A stretch of DNA of 63,934 bases, counting the filler, from Octopus bimaculoides (lineage: Eukaryota), in assembly GCF_001194135.2 (NCBI RefSeq). It is 5 parts of 4 records of this genome, joined end to end, with 100 filler letters (N's around TTAATTAATTAA, not from the genome) between each part and the next. Parts side by side here need not be neighbours in the genome. Positions count along the whole stretch, not along the records: positions 1 to 16,549 come from NC_068982.1; 4 more parts are not named here. One strand, given 5' to 3'. Numbering within the stretch: the stretch's first letter is position 1; every line of letters starts with the position of its first letter. The translations under genes were made by a program, and so were the position numbers. This document shows, piece by piece, positions 1 to 12,203 of the stretch. The notes beneath the pieces were generated by a model that was not told where the DNA came from, searched no databases, and worked only from the letters and a program-made list of their open reading frames with translations.

Positions 1-369
1 ATGCAGACATACATTCTCAGGTATAATGATATTACGATTGGAAGGAGAGATCTGGACGGAAAATATTGCCAATTTATAATACGATTTATAAAATAAAGGG
101 AACAAACTGATATGTTAATAATTCAAAATAGTTAAATGGGATTTAACCAACGATGACTTCGTATGTAGTATCCCTAAAGTGGAACCTTCTACAATCGCTG
201 CCAGCTTTCCCATGAAGTCTGCCTGAAGGTCCACGTCTGAAATTTTCCACTTTGCGAGAAAGCATGCTATGCATACATAAATGGCAAGTGCCGAAATTTG
301 ATAGAAGTTCAAGAAATTACTTATAGAAATATCGGCAGAACAAGTATTCTTAGTACTTATTCCTCTCAA

Positions 370-880
370 AGTTTTGAAGTCTTTATTGAGTGCTCCTTTA
401 CGCAGAAATATTCCAAATAACTTCCGTTGATATTTGGCTTACTTTTATTTATCATACACGTAAATGTATCGCCACAGTTCTGAATTTTACTTCAGTTGCT
501 AAATGTTTTCCGATAAAGCTATTGATAAATCTTCTCTTTATTCTAAAGCTAGTCGTTAACCTTAATATAACTTCGTTTGAATCTACCTTCAGTCATTCCG
601 AAGTTGTTTTGATTTCATCTATGTTGTGCTTCTAATTGGTGCTGGTTTCAACATTACTTATCTCTTTGGTGCTGTGAGATTGATCAACATTACAGCATTT
701 CTATTCATGCAAATATACTTATCGAAAATAGGCATACTTACTAATATTCTAAGTGATATAATATACTTTATATAATTTAAGAACGTTCTAGTAAACATGA
801 TGTTATAGGGGTAGTGGTGTGGAATGTTCTTATTTACCAAGTCTAGCAAACTTTCTGTATTATTAGTTTGTTAAAAAATG
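370..880 (-). mobile_element. Degraded Penelope-like element (PLE), linker and GIY-YIG endonuclease region
   Basis: Minus-strand translation gives LDLVNKNIPHHYPYNIMFTR (cf. PLE motif FLxLIDKHFPxxHKLHKIFNR) and GMTEGRFKRSY (cf. GIY-YIG YxGxTExxFKxRY); many stops and frameshifts. Confidence 0.55.
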
Positions 881-978
881 TCTCAAATGTCATCATTTCT
901 AAAAATAAACGTGGCATCAATTCTATAAATAGCCAAACACATACTGCTGCTGTCCAAAGGAATTGGTATAAAAGACAG

Positions 979-1194
979 AAAACCAGCCAGTCTATTACAG
1001 TCTGTTACAGTCTGTCAGATATAGGCCATGATGAATACCACAAGGTATTGAAAATACGTATTCGCCTTTATATATTTAATTCTTTATATTGAACACTCAA
1101 TATTTCATATATTCAATAAGACATATTCCATATATTCAATAAGACATTCAATACTTCATTTCATTGTACAATCCATTTTTATATTATATATTAT
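979..1194 (+). repeat. Dispersed ~215-bp repeat carrying a hammerhead-like motif (probable PLE terminal repeat), copy 1
   Basis: Closely similar to 25122-25332; followed by short tandem attcaataagacat units; runs into an N gap. Confidence 0.8.
1019..1073 (+). ncRNA. Type I hammerhead-ribozyme-like motif with variant core (CAUGAUGA)
   Basis: atataggc-CATGATGA-atacc(acaa)ggtatt-GAAA-atacgtat-TC-gcctttatat: stem I, stem II, GAAA, palindromic stem III and UC cleavage site in the correct order; one extra A in the core. Confidence 0.5.
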
Positions 1195-1485
1195 NNNNNN
1201 NNNNNNNNNNNNNNNNNNNNNNNNNNNNNNNNNNNNNNNNNNNNNNNNNNNNNNNNNNNNNNNNNNNNNNNNNNNNNNNNNNNNNNNNNNNNNNNNNNNN
1301 NNNNNNNNNNNNNNNNNNNNNNNNNNNNNNNNNNNNNNNNNNNNNNNNNNNNNNNNNNNNNNNNNNNNNNNNNNNNNNNNNNNNNNNNNNNNNNNNNNNN
1401 NNNNNNNNNNNNNNNNNNNNNNNNNNNNNNNNNNNNNNNNNNNNNNNNNNNNNNNNNNTATATATATATATATATATATATATAT

Positions 1486-1820
1486 TGTATAGTAAAACTG
1501 AACACCCCTCCCATAAAAAGTTGTGGTAGCCAGGCATTATAAAAGACCAGTAGTCGTTCGATAGACGAAGGTCGAGAAGTCGAAAGTACGTGTACACTCT
1601 GTTGATAGCCGTCTCTGTGCTGATAAAGTAGTTATACTGTGATAGTGAGTGGACGTTATAACGATCCTACCTTTTGAGGATAATAACAATGTAGGACCAG
1701 CGGTTGTACAGTGCCAGATAAAACCATTCTGTCGACGACTTCGGAATATAACAATATGTGTCAGCGTGACGTCAAAAGATAACAGTGGCACATACCGCTT
1801 TACAACAGTGGCGGCGAAGA
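1486..1820 (+). mobile_element. Gypsy-like 5' LTR with primer-binding site
   Basis: Starts TGTA at 1486, TATAAAAG at 1538-1545, ends ACAACA at 1807, immediately followed by GTGGCGGCGAAGA (resembles the TGGCGACGAG-type PBS). Confidence 0.55.
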
Positions 1821-1956
1821 AAAACAATTTTACGCGGATCGAAAAAAACATTAAAAAACATTCACACAGACAGTTTAAACTAATTCACGTTGAGAATTAA
1901 ATGCCTCGACAAAAAAGAAAGAAATATCTTGTGCAAACTTACAAAAATTGTAAAAT

Positions 1957-2047
1957 ATGAAAGACTTGTTAGCTGGCATAGTTGAGTTGCAAAAACAGCA
2001 ACAACAATTCAAGGAACAACGAGAAAAACAATGCCAATCACAGAAAA
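1957..2047 (+). pseudogene. N-terminal stub of a Gypsy-like gag (MKDLLAGIVELQKQQQQFKEQREKQCQSQK)
   Basis: ATG ~150 bp downstream of the PBS; Q-rich leader typical of invertebrate Gypsy gag; no recognisable continuation. Confidence 0.35.
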
Positions 2048-3140
2048 GTAAGTATTTTCTTTACATTGCGGGATCTGAATTATAACTGTATGGACACAAT
2101 GTCGATTTTGATGCTTTTGCATTTCCTTTAACTGGGAAAAAATATCATAGTCTTCATTTTCGCTTTAAAACTATATTTAAGTTGACTCACTTCCTTTATG
2201 ATACGCGCGTGTGTATGCAAATATATGCGTATGTATATTTTACACTGATGTAGAATATAGTGTTGATGTAAACATCCGTCAATATCATAGAGATTTGTTT
2301 CATATTCTCGACCAAAGAAACGTAAATCACACCTTTTTATGTGGGGTCATCTTTCTATCACTACCAAGAATACAGTTGAGCATTGATCGGTTACTTGGAA
2401 AGCTGTAACTAAAAAGGCACTACTTTTTTTCTGTTTTTACTAATTTCGACACCCATTCAAGATCAGACTCCCAAGATATCATGCTTTAATCAATATTCGC
2501 ATCACATAACTTATTCGTATTAACATATAATCAATAATATCGTGTTTAGTTCTCTATTTTTTAATTCATAATCAACGTGCTGTCATTCCTGAAGTCATGA
2601 ATATTTACTAATTTTTCCATGTTATGAAACCATGAAATTCATGAATTAAAGTAAACTTCTCAAGAAATTTCACTGTTTTTGTAATTCATGAAATGGCGAA
2701 ATATTCGCTTTGGTAATCAATGAATTCTTGCACCGATGTTACTTTTAGCTTCAAAAGTAGTATTCTAACACACCACCTCACCTTAAATAATGAAGCCCAA
2801 AGTGATGTCTGCGCCTAAACATTCCACTTGATATCTATCTACAAAGGGCTACACACTACAGTGGAATTACCTTTCGTCTCTCAATGTACAAAAATCAAAG
2901 TGCATCGATCTTGCCGAATGTTTACATCTTTCAGAGAATATACGAATATCGCATACGCATGAGTTGTTTTGCATAAGATTTCAGTACATACTGATATTGC
3001 ATTGTAAAAAACAGAAGAAACAAAATTTGTTGTAGATCTACTTCGGTGTATTTTATTTAATCTTCATCGTCATCATCATATATACATATATTAATATTTC
3101 TAAATCACTTTAAAGGAGACTACGGCAGCGGTACTGGATG

Positions 3141-3467
3141 TTAATAGTTATCAGCAAGCTAACATGGCAGTCCAGGAAAATAGGACGAATGCTGCAGTTG
3201 ATTAGCTCCAAGAGGCCATCGCCTCTAGCTAGCTATGTGACACACGAACCTGCGTCCATTATAACCTTCGAACAGGGGAGGTCAACTGCGTCTTGCTGGT
3301 CTGACTTCTAAAGAATAGTTTGTAAATACCAGAAGCGGCTGACCTCCCCTGTTGGAAGGTTATAATGGACACAGGTTCGTGTGTCACATAGAGGATTTAG
3401 CCTCTTGAAGCTAATCAACGGCGGCATTCGTCCTATTTTCCTGTACTGCCATGTTAGCTTGGCGATA
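3141..3467. mobile_element. Palindromic (foldback) MITE
   Basis: ~3149-3290 is the reverse complement of ~3338-3467; a one-arm copy occurs at 11129-11285. Confidence 0.8.
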
Positions 3468-4109
3468 NNNNNNNNNNNNNNNNNNNNNNNNNNNNNNNNN
3501 NNNNNNNNNNNNNNNNNNNNNNNNNNNNNNNNNNNNNNNNNNNNNNNNNNNNNNNNNNNNNNNNNNNNNNNNNNNNNNNNNNNNNNNNNNNNNNNNNNNN
3601 NNNNNNNNNNNNNNNNNNNNNNNNNNNNNNNNNNNNNNNNNNNNNNNNNNNNNNNNNNNNNNNNNNNNNNNNNNNNNNNNNNNNNNNNNNNNNNNNNNNN
3701 NNNNNNAACATGAAATATAGCGTGATACCAAAACGTAAGCGGGCAAGACATTTAAAATCACCGAAAAGGAACATTATTAAACAGGTACCGGTTTCAAATT
3801 TAACAATCTTACCGACAGTCTATTTCTCTTCAGCCTGATTTGTAATGGAACCATAATCATCAGAACCCCATACAAAGTTGCCCACCGCCATAGGTGCGCG
3901 TGTATATGGTTCTGCTAATTACAGCTTAATGGTAAAATTAAAAATATATATGATGGATTCTATTGTCCTAAACGCCAAATGAGGGTTCAGTGAAATAAAG
4001 CACTGGTAATGTTCTATGGACACGAATGTGTCTCTTGAGGCCTGCTGGCGACTTGGAAGCCTTTTGAGAAATGGAACAAGTTGAGGACTTACATTACTTG
4101 ATCGCTTGT

Positions 4110-4400
4110 GGATCATTTACTATACGGTTTCTTGAGTGTACGGCTAGGCCTGCTTTGCTTCGTGCCACGAAACCACAATAACAGGTAAGGTTTCTAATTA
4201 GAGGAGTAGTATTTTGCCAGCGTGCCTTCATGCTTGCACGAAGTTGGTCCCGGTGTTGGAGTAGATTTTGCTCAATTTGTTTAAACTGGAAAACAGGATT
4301 CGTGCCAGGTCCTCAGTTTTCTCGAGAAGAAAAGGGAAAGTTGCATCGTTTCAGATTATCTTTTAGTTTGACTTTGAAACGCAAGAGAGACATTCCAATT
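4110..4400 (-). mobile_element. 3' end of an RTE-BovB-type LINE ORF2
   Basis: Translates RFKVKLKDNLKRCNF...TCYCGFVARSKAGLAVHSRN, matching the RTE-BovB C-terminal basic region and CxxC...H finger. Confidence 0.65.
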
Positions 4401-4413
4401 AATTGGTCAAATG

Positions 4414-4414
<1 letters not shown>

Positions 4415-4460
<46 letters not shown>
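4415..4460. repeat. (TG)n microsatellite
   Basis: Direct reading. Confidence 0.95.
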
Positions 4461-4466
<6 letters not shown>

Positions 4467-5009
4467 CATCTGTCTCTTGTTCAGATAAGAACAAATTAAA
4501 GAAAACAATATTAAAATGAAATGTATTATCCACTTCACTATTTTATATTTTAATATAAAAAAGAAATACAATAATTTTAAATTAATCTCATAATGTCACA
4601 ATCACGCGTAATATCCGTAAGAACATAGAGAGATTGTAAAGCATATTTATATACCTGAGGTTGAATAGTTTCGAAATCTCAAACGTGACAAATTTACGAA
4701 TGTTTTCTGTGTGAATGCTATTTATTTATTTGAGGAAACAGAAGTATCAGTTAAAACTTGAAGTCCAACAATTTAATTAGATATAAATTATGTCGTATTC
4801 ACAAATTTACAGTTTAAATGAATAGTGATTGAATCTAACTCCACGCCCACCCTTGTATCCGGTGCGCTGAATTTTATAGAACTAAATGAACATAATACAA
4901 GGTATTTCTCAAGAGAATCTTGATATGACAATCTAAATAATATTGACGGCGTAATTAAATGTTCTAATGTTTGTTAAACTACACTTTACTCCATTAATAT
5001 ATTAATATA

Positions 5010-5595
5010 TCCTTCCCGACCACATGGTTCGAGGTTCATCAACGCCGCATCGCACACGTTGGGCAAATTTCTTCTACTATAGCCACCGGCCAACCAAAGC
5101 CTTGTGATGGACTTGCTTGACAGAAACTGATAGAAGCCCGTNNNNNNNNNNNNNNNNNNNNNNNNNNNNNNNNNNNNNNNNNNNNNNNNNNNNNNNNNNN
5201 NNNNNNNNNNNNNNNNNNNNNNNNNNNNNNNNNNNNNNNNNNNNNNNNNNNNNNNNNNNNNNNNNNNNNNNNNNNNNNNNNNNNNNNNNNNNNNNNNNNN
5301 NNNNNNNNNNNNNNNNNNNNNNNNNNNNNNNNNNNNNNNNNNNNNNNNATATATATATAAATATATGAGAGTGTCTATGAGTGTGTCTTGTACTCCCACT
5401 AGTTAACAAAAAATTGCTGGTGTGTTTACATCCCTGTAACTTAGCGGTTCGGCCAAAGACGGATAAAATATGTATGAGGCCTTAAAAAAATAAATAAGTA
5501 CTGAAGTCGATGGATTCGAATAAAAATTCTCCCCGGTGGTACCCCGGCATAGCTGCAGTCTAATACTTGAAACAAGTAGAAGGTAGGAAGTAAAA
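5010..5595 (+). mobile_element. tRNA-derived SINE, family A (octopus-type), gap in central microsatellite
   Basis: Head accacatggttc...ctactatagcc...gaaactga..gaagcccgt and 3' half gtgtttacatccc.gtaacttagcggttcggc shared with copies at 29530 and 63233. Confidence 0.85.
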
Positions 5596-5629
5596 GATAG
5601 ATCTATGTCTATGTCCTCGTGTGAATATA

Positions 5630-5815
5630 TGCTTGCCATTATTTACACGGATCCTCTACGTTCTGAGTTCAACTTCCGTCGAGGTCGACTTTGCCTTTCT
5701 TCCTTTCGGGGTCGATAGATTAAGTACCAGTAGCCTACTGAGGTCGCTCTAATCGACTGTCCTCCTCACCCAAAATTTCGTGCATTGTACCTAGAGTAGA
5801 AAAGATTATTTACAG
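5630..5815 (+). mobile_element. SINE family B (5'-truncated)
   Basis: cgttctgagttcaa...gaggtcgactttgcc...cctagagtagaaaagattatt, shared with >10 other copies. Confidence 0.85.
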
Positions 5816-6006
5816 TAATCGTTATATTTAAACTACAATCTTCCAAAGATGTAAACGTCTTTATATATTGATATTACATAGACATTATGAAGTTTTACAT
5901 TAAGGCGGCCAGCATATCATTCTCCTTTAGCAGGAAATTGTGTTATGTGTTTTCGTTTATTGGTTGGATTTATTTTATTGAAACAGATTCGATATCTTAC
6001 CAAGTA

Positions 6007-6225
6007 AAGTAATCCCTCGCCATATCGCGGTTCACCGATAGCAGTTTATAATTTAAGCTTACGTCGATTCCTCCGTGGTGTTCCTTTGCATGTATAATAA
6101 TATATATATACACAAATTATAAAAATAAAAAAAATATACAGTACAGTACTGTTTCTACTTCGTGGATTTTCACCTGTCGCGGAGGTTTTTGGAACGTAAC
6201 ACTCGCGATAGTCAAGGGATTACTG
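6007..6225 (+). mobile_element. Tigger/pogo-like MITE
   Basis: TIRs (c)agtaatccct...agggattactg flanked by TA; second copy at 63099-63716. Confidence 0.7.
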
Positions 6226-7068
6226 TATTTAAATATTGTCAGACAGAAATTAAAATTGTCACCCAAAAGTAGGATTGGGTTACAGATTTATTTGTAACAA
6301 TTACGATTGTCATGAAAAAATCCGTAATCGACTATCGCTTTCACAGATATATTCCATTAACATAACAGAGTAAAAAAAAAAACATAATTATAGATTTCGG
6401 TCTTTGTAGAGATACATTTAAAATGACGACTCATATGTAGTAGGCATAATTGTCAATCAAATCTTTCGTAAATATTAAAGAAAACACTGTGTAAAATATA
6501 TTTGCACAAAACAGAAATCTAAAAAATGCATTTTTTCACCAATTAAAAGTAAAATTGAACCAAGATTAATGCGAATAATTAATTAGTCTCCCTGGGAAAC
6601 ATTTGCAAAATGAATATCAGTGGTATTACATAGAGGTGTAATTAGATCGCCTAAATTCAAAGTAATTACCAGCAAATCGTTTATTTGCTTTCTTATGAGT
6701 ACTGACATATTTATAAAAAAAAAGGAGAATAGAAAGAAAACCTAGCTTTAAGATAAATGACAAATATTAATTGGTCTAATTATTATATCACTTTAGGATG
6801 CATCTTCTTTATATCATTAGAATCACCATTGAAGTTCACAGATATTATTAGTTTACGGACACAATTCTTAACGCTTCACCGGGTTGTAAAATAATAGATT
6901 TGGCAAAGTCAACCATATGTTTGTGTATATCTTGTTTGGAAAAATGTTGTAATAGACTTTCGCTATTACCACATCAATGTAGTCATATCTTTATCCATCT
7001 GCTTCTCTGCTTGTCTTTCATGCCATTTATACAGCTGCCTCGCTGTCTCAGTCTGCCTGACTGCCTGC

Positions 7069-7117
<49 letters not shown>

Positions 7118-7199
7118 CCTCTCTATCTCTCACTCTCTATCTGTTTATGCATGTATGTATATATTTATAATGTGTCTGTCTGTCTGTCTATCTCTCTTC

Positions 7200-7266
<67 letters not shown>

Positions 7267-7290
7267 CATCTGTCTATCTATCTAGCTATA
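7069..7290. repeat. (TCTG)n/(TCTA)n compound microsatellite
   Basis: Direct reading. Confidence 0.95.
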
Positions 7291-9815
7291 TCCGCAAACG
7301 CATACACATATGTGAGTGTCGTGTTCCAACCAAATAATAAAAATAATACTGTTTCATATTTTTCATTAGCTCTGTGGAACTATAACTGTCCTATTTCCAT
7401 TAACATTTCAAGCACTTCACTCTCGCATCTTCCTAATGACATCATAATAACAAATTACTACTGCCCGTTTGAAGTAAGTAGCAAAGCGATCCTGGGAATG
7501 AATAATAAAATTGTTATCAATCAATTTAATGTTGCTTAACATATAACTCCTAGTGGCATCATATTTTATTTTATATTTGCTCTTTGCTGCTGCTGCTAAC
7601 TTTTAAATTTTGGTTCGTATTAATATGGCTTCAATACCAAATCAGCTTATATGTTTTGAATATTTCACCTGGATGATAAAGTTTTATATGTAGTTTTTCT
7701 TCACAGCCCGTATTGTAACCCTTTCATATGAATACAAGTTGCAAACACAAATTTAACTGAAAATGTATTTTCTTAATTTCATGTCCATTAGAAAATTTTG
7801 ATTCTAGTTCTTTGAAATTTACATGTCTTCGTGAAATATTATGTTTGACCTAAAGTATGTTGTGTAGATTCCGTGATGGCGTTTTCTGGTACCCGTCTAC
7901 GCTATCTCTAGGGAACCAACTTACAGAGGTAAAACGAAGACGATACCGTCTACTTCACTGTTATTAACAACACAGCCCGTGCCGCCAGAACCAACACTCC
8001 TGACGTTACTTTCGCCATTAGCAACAGAACGAGAAGCACCTAAAAAGTAGTAGTAGCAGAAACGGCAACAACACAATAAACAAAGTTATGCGATTCGCAC
8101 GTATGCATGAAAAACTGTTCCCAGTAGTCATGTATTGAGAGCAATATACTCGAGCATATTTTCCACAGAAAACGTAAAAATATTTGTTAGTAATCAAATA
8201 TTTATTGGAAGCAGGAAATGGTGGAATTCTCGTGTCACATTACAAGCCCATTAAGAATCAGTTTTTCCTTCTGGTTTCAATTAAACAGATTTTCACATCA
8301 AACATGTCTTTGACAACTATCCCATGTTCATCATTACAAGATCTTTGTAAATTCTGTGAACTCAATTTACGGTTGCACATCGAAACGAACTGTTCCAAGT
8401 ATTCATCAGATATGCCTTTAGTACCACACGGAACGCCTTCCTCAATTATCCCTCTTCTACCGCCTGCAACCAAACCGGGATTATATCAGCCATCTCTTAT
8501 AATTCAAGAGACAAGATATAACAATAAGTTATATAACAATAATATAGCATCAAATTTATTGAAGTATTCTCCTTTTACTGCTTACTCTTTTAGTGATATC
8601 TTTCCTTCAGATCATTTATTCATGAGAATAATCAAATACATCTCTTTTTCTCATCGGGATCTGAATGAGACACACTTCATGCAATCTAGATGAAACCACC
8701 CAAAATATAATTTCATTTCCATGTGGCTAATCAGAAGTTCAAACTTCTCAGAATCATTTTTTGTTTCCTGCTTGGTGTGAATCTTCTTAACATAATACAC
8801 AAGGTATTGGCATGTTTGTATATGGGCAGTAGCATGTCCATGTTCGAGTGTAACGCATCTCAGTGTATCCCCTATCTGTATTTCTGTAATGTGAAAACGC
8901 ACAGAAGCAGAGAGAGGATGAACATTTAGTAATTCTAAGAATTGATGTCACTCAACCGATAAATGACGATCGACTCTGGGCCCCAATATAGATGCTACTG
9001 TATAATGCAAGGAGCAAGGTTCAAAGCATATGTTAAAACTGTGCGCACGCCAAATAGACGTTCTCAAACATCTAAAAAGATTTAGCGCAAGCTAGAATGC
9101 TCTGTACACAATAATATCCAGATTAGATTAAATTTTCTCCACGATTTATCCTTTAAGAAGAGATTGCATTAGACAATTTTACAGTCTTGTCACACATTTA
9201 TACCTTCTTCCAACAATATCACATTCAGTTAGACCTTTTTGCAGTTTGACGTAAAACTTTCACCTTGAAGAGAGTATGTACAAGCATGGTTCGCAGTCTG
9301 GCTAACAGGCGCAGTGATTATCATATGTGCAGCTTCTCTATTCATATTCTGTATTTTGTATGTAAATAATGATGTTCAAAATTTCCGAAAGCAGTCGCTA
9401 TAACAGAAGCGAACAGAGAGATTTGGTCCGTGCCTTTAAATCAACACACATATTTCATATAGCCTTGTACCTTAATTTCAGAATTTATTTAAAGCAAAAT
9501 CCAACTCAATATGATCTGAAATTTAAACTGAGAAACATAACTATATTCTGTATTGCATTTAATTAACCATATCGATGATTTATGTTAACATTCAAAGTAA
9601 TAAATATGTCATTGACAATATTAGTCATGATTGGAGAGGTCTAGGATGAGAAAATTGATGGCATTACATAGAGTCGACAAAAAAGGCCTGATAATACCAA
9701 TAGCAATAAGACATTCATAAGCTAAGTACAATGTAGACGTATTTTGTATTAAGTTTTATTAATAATTATATGTAATCTTCATTTTTAGTTCAGTGTGAAA
9801 ATTTATAGCATGTAT

Positions 9816-9833
9816 ATGTGTGTGTGTGAGTGT

Positions 9834-9906
<73 letters not shown>
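9816..9906. repeat. (TG)n microsatellite
   Basis: Direct reading. Confidence 0.95.
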
Positions 9907-9909
<3 letters not shown>

Positions 9910-11128
9910 GGTATTTCCAGATGTAAAGAAAAGTTTGTTTTATTTCATTTGTAAGTTGAGACCGGAAACATTGTAGAGGAAAGTGAACGAATTTCAAATG
10001 ATTAACGCTGTGCAACACAAATGAATTTACTCAGTAGTAATAAATGATAATACATATGGCTAAAAGCAATATGCGTCGCTTTAACATAGGAAATTAATGC
10101 TGTAACGTTAGCGTAACACGAATAACTGTTTCAGGCTGTTCTGAAACTGCATCACAAACGGATCTAAAAACGATGCAAAACAAACTTAAATGTATTTGTG
10201 AATGTGCCCAAATTGGTAATATTCGATTAAATCATTGAAACAGAATCAAACAAATGATACAAAAATATATAAAATGCACAAAATAATCAGTCACTGCTAC
10301 AAAATGCAAGCCCCCGACAAGAAGCCACATGAAGCATTACACTGAAACGAAATAAAACCCCTCAATAACAAAATCGTATTATTCACGTGAATCTGTAAAA
10401 GGGCCCTCCAAACCATAATAAAACATCGCAACAGCCCGCCCCCACTAACACGAATACCTAATAAATTAAGGCATTACTTAAAATAAACTCCAGGCGTATG
10501 GTAAAGTACGATATCGAAATAAGCGTATGTTTGTAGATTTAATGTATGTTCGTGGAAACTACAAATGAAATAAACAGTTATACTAAAAATGGGCCCTTCG
10601 TCTCGTATTGAAAATATACAAAATAAAATGCTTACCCGGAGGGAATGTCTCAAACGATAATTCAGTATACCTAAGTGACGATAAATATAACAGATAATGA
10701 AATCAATAAACGTGATTTAAGGGAAATTCTTACGTGATTTAAGATTAATGAAACTCCTCCATGAAATAATGGTTAAAACGGAGCAATCCTAGAACGAAAT
10801 GCTTTCCATACAATCAAATCTGTTAGCTGATATGGTTTCGAAATTGATAATGTTTGAGTCTCTTAGCGTAAGATCTTCTTCAGTTAAACATAATGAAAAC
10901 CATTTAAGTCTGAATGTCTTAAAATTGAAAACAAAACTGACACGCATATTTGAATTTAATATAAGTAAAGAAAAATAATAAAGAATATGAAGTAGAATAA
11001 AAACAATGCTAAAAAATATCACAGAGTTAAAGTAGAAAACTAACAGAAATGAAAGCAGAGTAAATAATCTTGACAAAGACTCTTGGAATACTGTGACAGT
11101 TTTCCATGATAAAGGTATTTGAAAGTAT

Positions 11129-11285
11129 TAATAGTTATCGCCAAGCCAATATGACATTACAGAAAAAAATAGGACGAATGCTGCCGTTGATTAGCTCCAA
11201 GAGGCCATCGCCATTAGCTAGCTATGTGACACACGAACCTGTGCCCATTATAACCTTCGAACATGAGAGGTCAGGCATCTACAGA
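11129..11285 (+). mobile_element. Single arm of the palindromic MITE seen at 3141-3467
   Basis: ttaatagttatcgccaagc...aggccatcgcc.tagctagctatgtgacacacgaacc matches 3141-3290. Confidence 0.8.
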
Positions 11286-11830
11286 TTAGTTTCAGGGTAT
11301 TTGCCCCTTATTAATGTAGAGCAGCCGAACCCAGCAGGCGTCGCTACTGACCGTCTGTTCGAAGAATTATTTGAAAAATTGTTTCTAAAATCCCTCAAAT
11401 ACATGATTAATGTCACAAAAACATCATCAAAATTAGACATATTTGAAGAGAATATGTTATCAGGCAAATTCAGTATAACCAATACATGTGTTGGATGAGA
11501 TACTGTTGAAATTCTTCAATAATACTGTGACCAATCACTCCCATAATTAGAGTATAATTAATGAATACAGCAATTAAACAAACAACATTAAGTCATTGAA
11601 CTGATACTCTTACATCTCTGGCTAAAGTATTTAAAAAATCCTTCAGGAATCTGCAGACACTGCTTATGGAAATCAATGTTGACATCGTAAAACAAAATCA
11701 ACAGAAACTCCCCACATTGCAAGCCAGTAACCTACACATCAACGCTCATCTTCTATATCTAGATTTTATATGTTTTTAGAAGTGTTGATGCACCTAGATA
11801 ATTGTTGAAGAAACTACAGAGATTCAGTAG

Positions 11831-12045
11831 TACAAGGGTGTGCTAAAAAGTTCCAGGCTTTAAAGGTACCACGTAAGGCCTGGTTGGAGGCCCAACAATC
11901 CGAGTTCTTTTACAGAGCATAGGAAAAGTTAAGGACCGCTGCAATAAGTGTGTAAATCTGCGAGCAGAATATGTTGAATAAAATATTTATTTACTGATCC
12001 TCCTGTATTTTCTTTTACTTACAGCAAGGAACTTTCCAGCCTACA
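11831..12045 (+). mobile_element. Mariner-derived MITE (~210 bp)
   Basis: Starts TAcaagggtgtgctaaaaagttcc; reverse-orientation copy at 29156-29378. Confidence 0.7.
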
Positions 12046-12203
12046 TAGGTAATTTCAAAATGATAATAAGTGCACAAGCTATTCCAAGATAGGTAAAGGA
12101 AGTAAAGCTAAAGCATTATATCGGTTTTGGTACAGTACTTAGAAATCTTATCACCGTCACTCTCAAAAATAATTAAAAGTATTTGAAATGCAAGGAAACA
12201 AAA

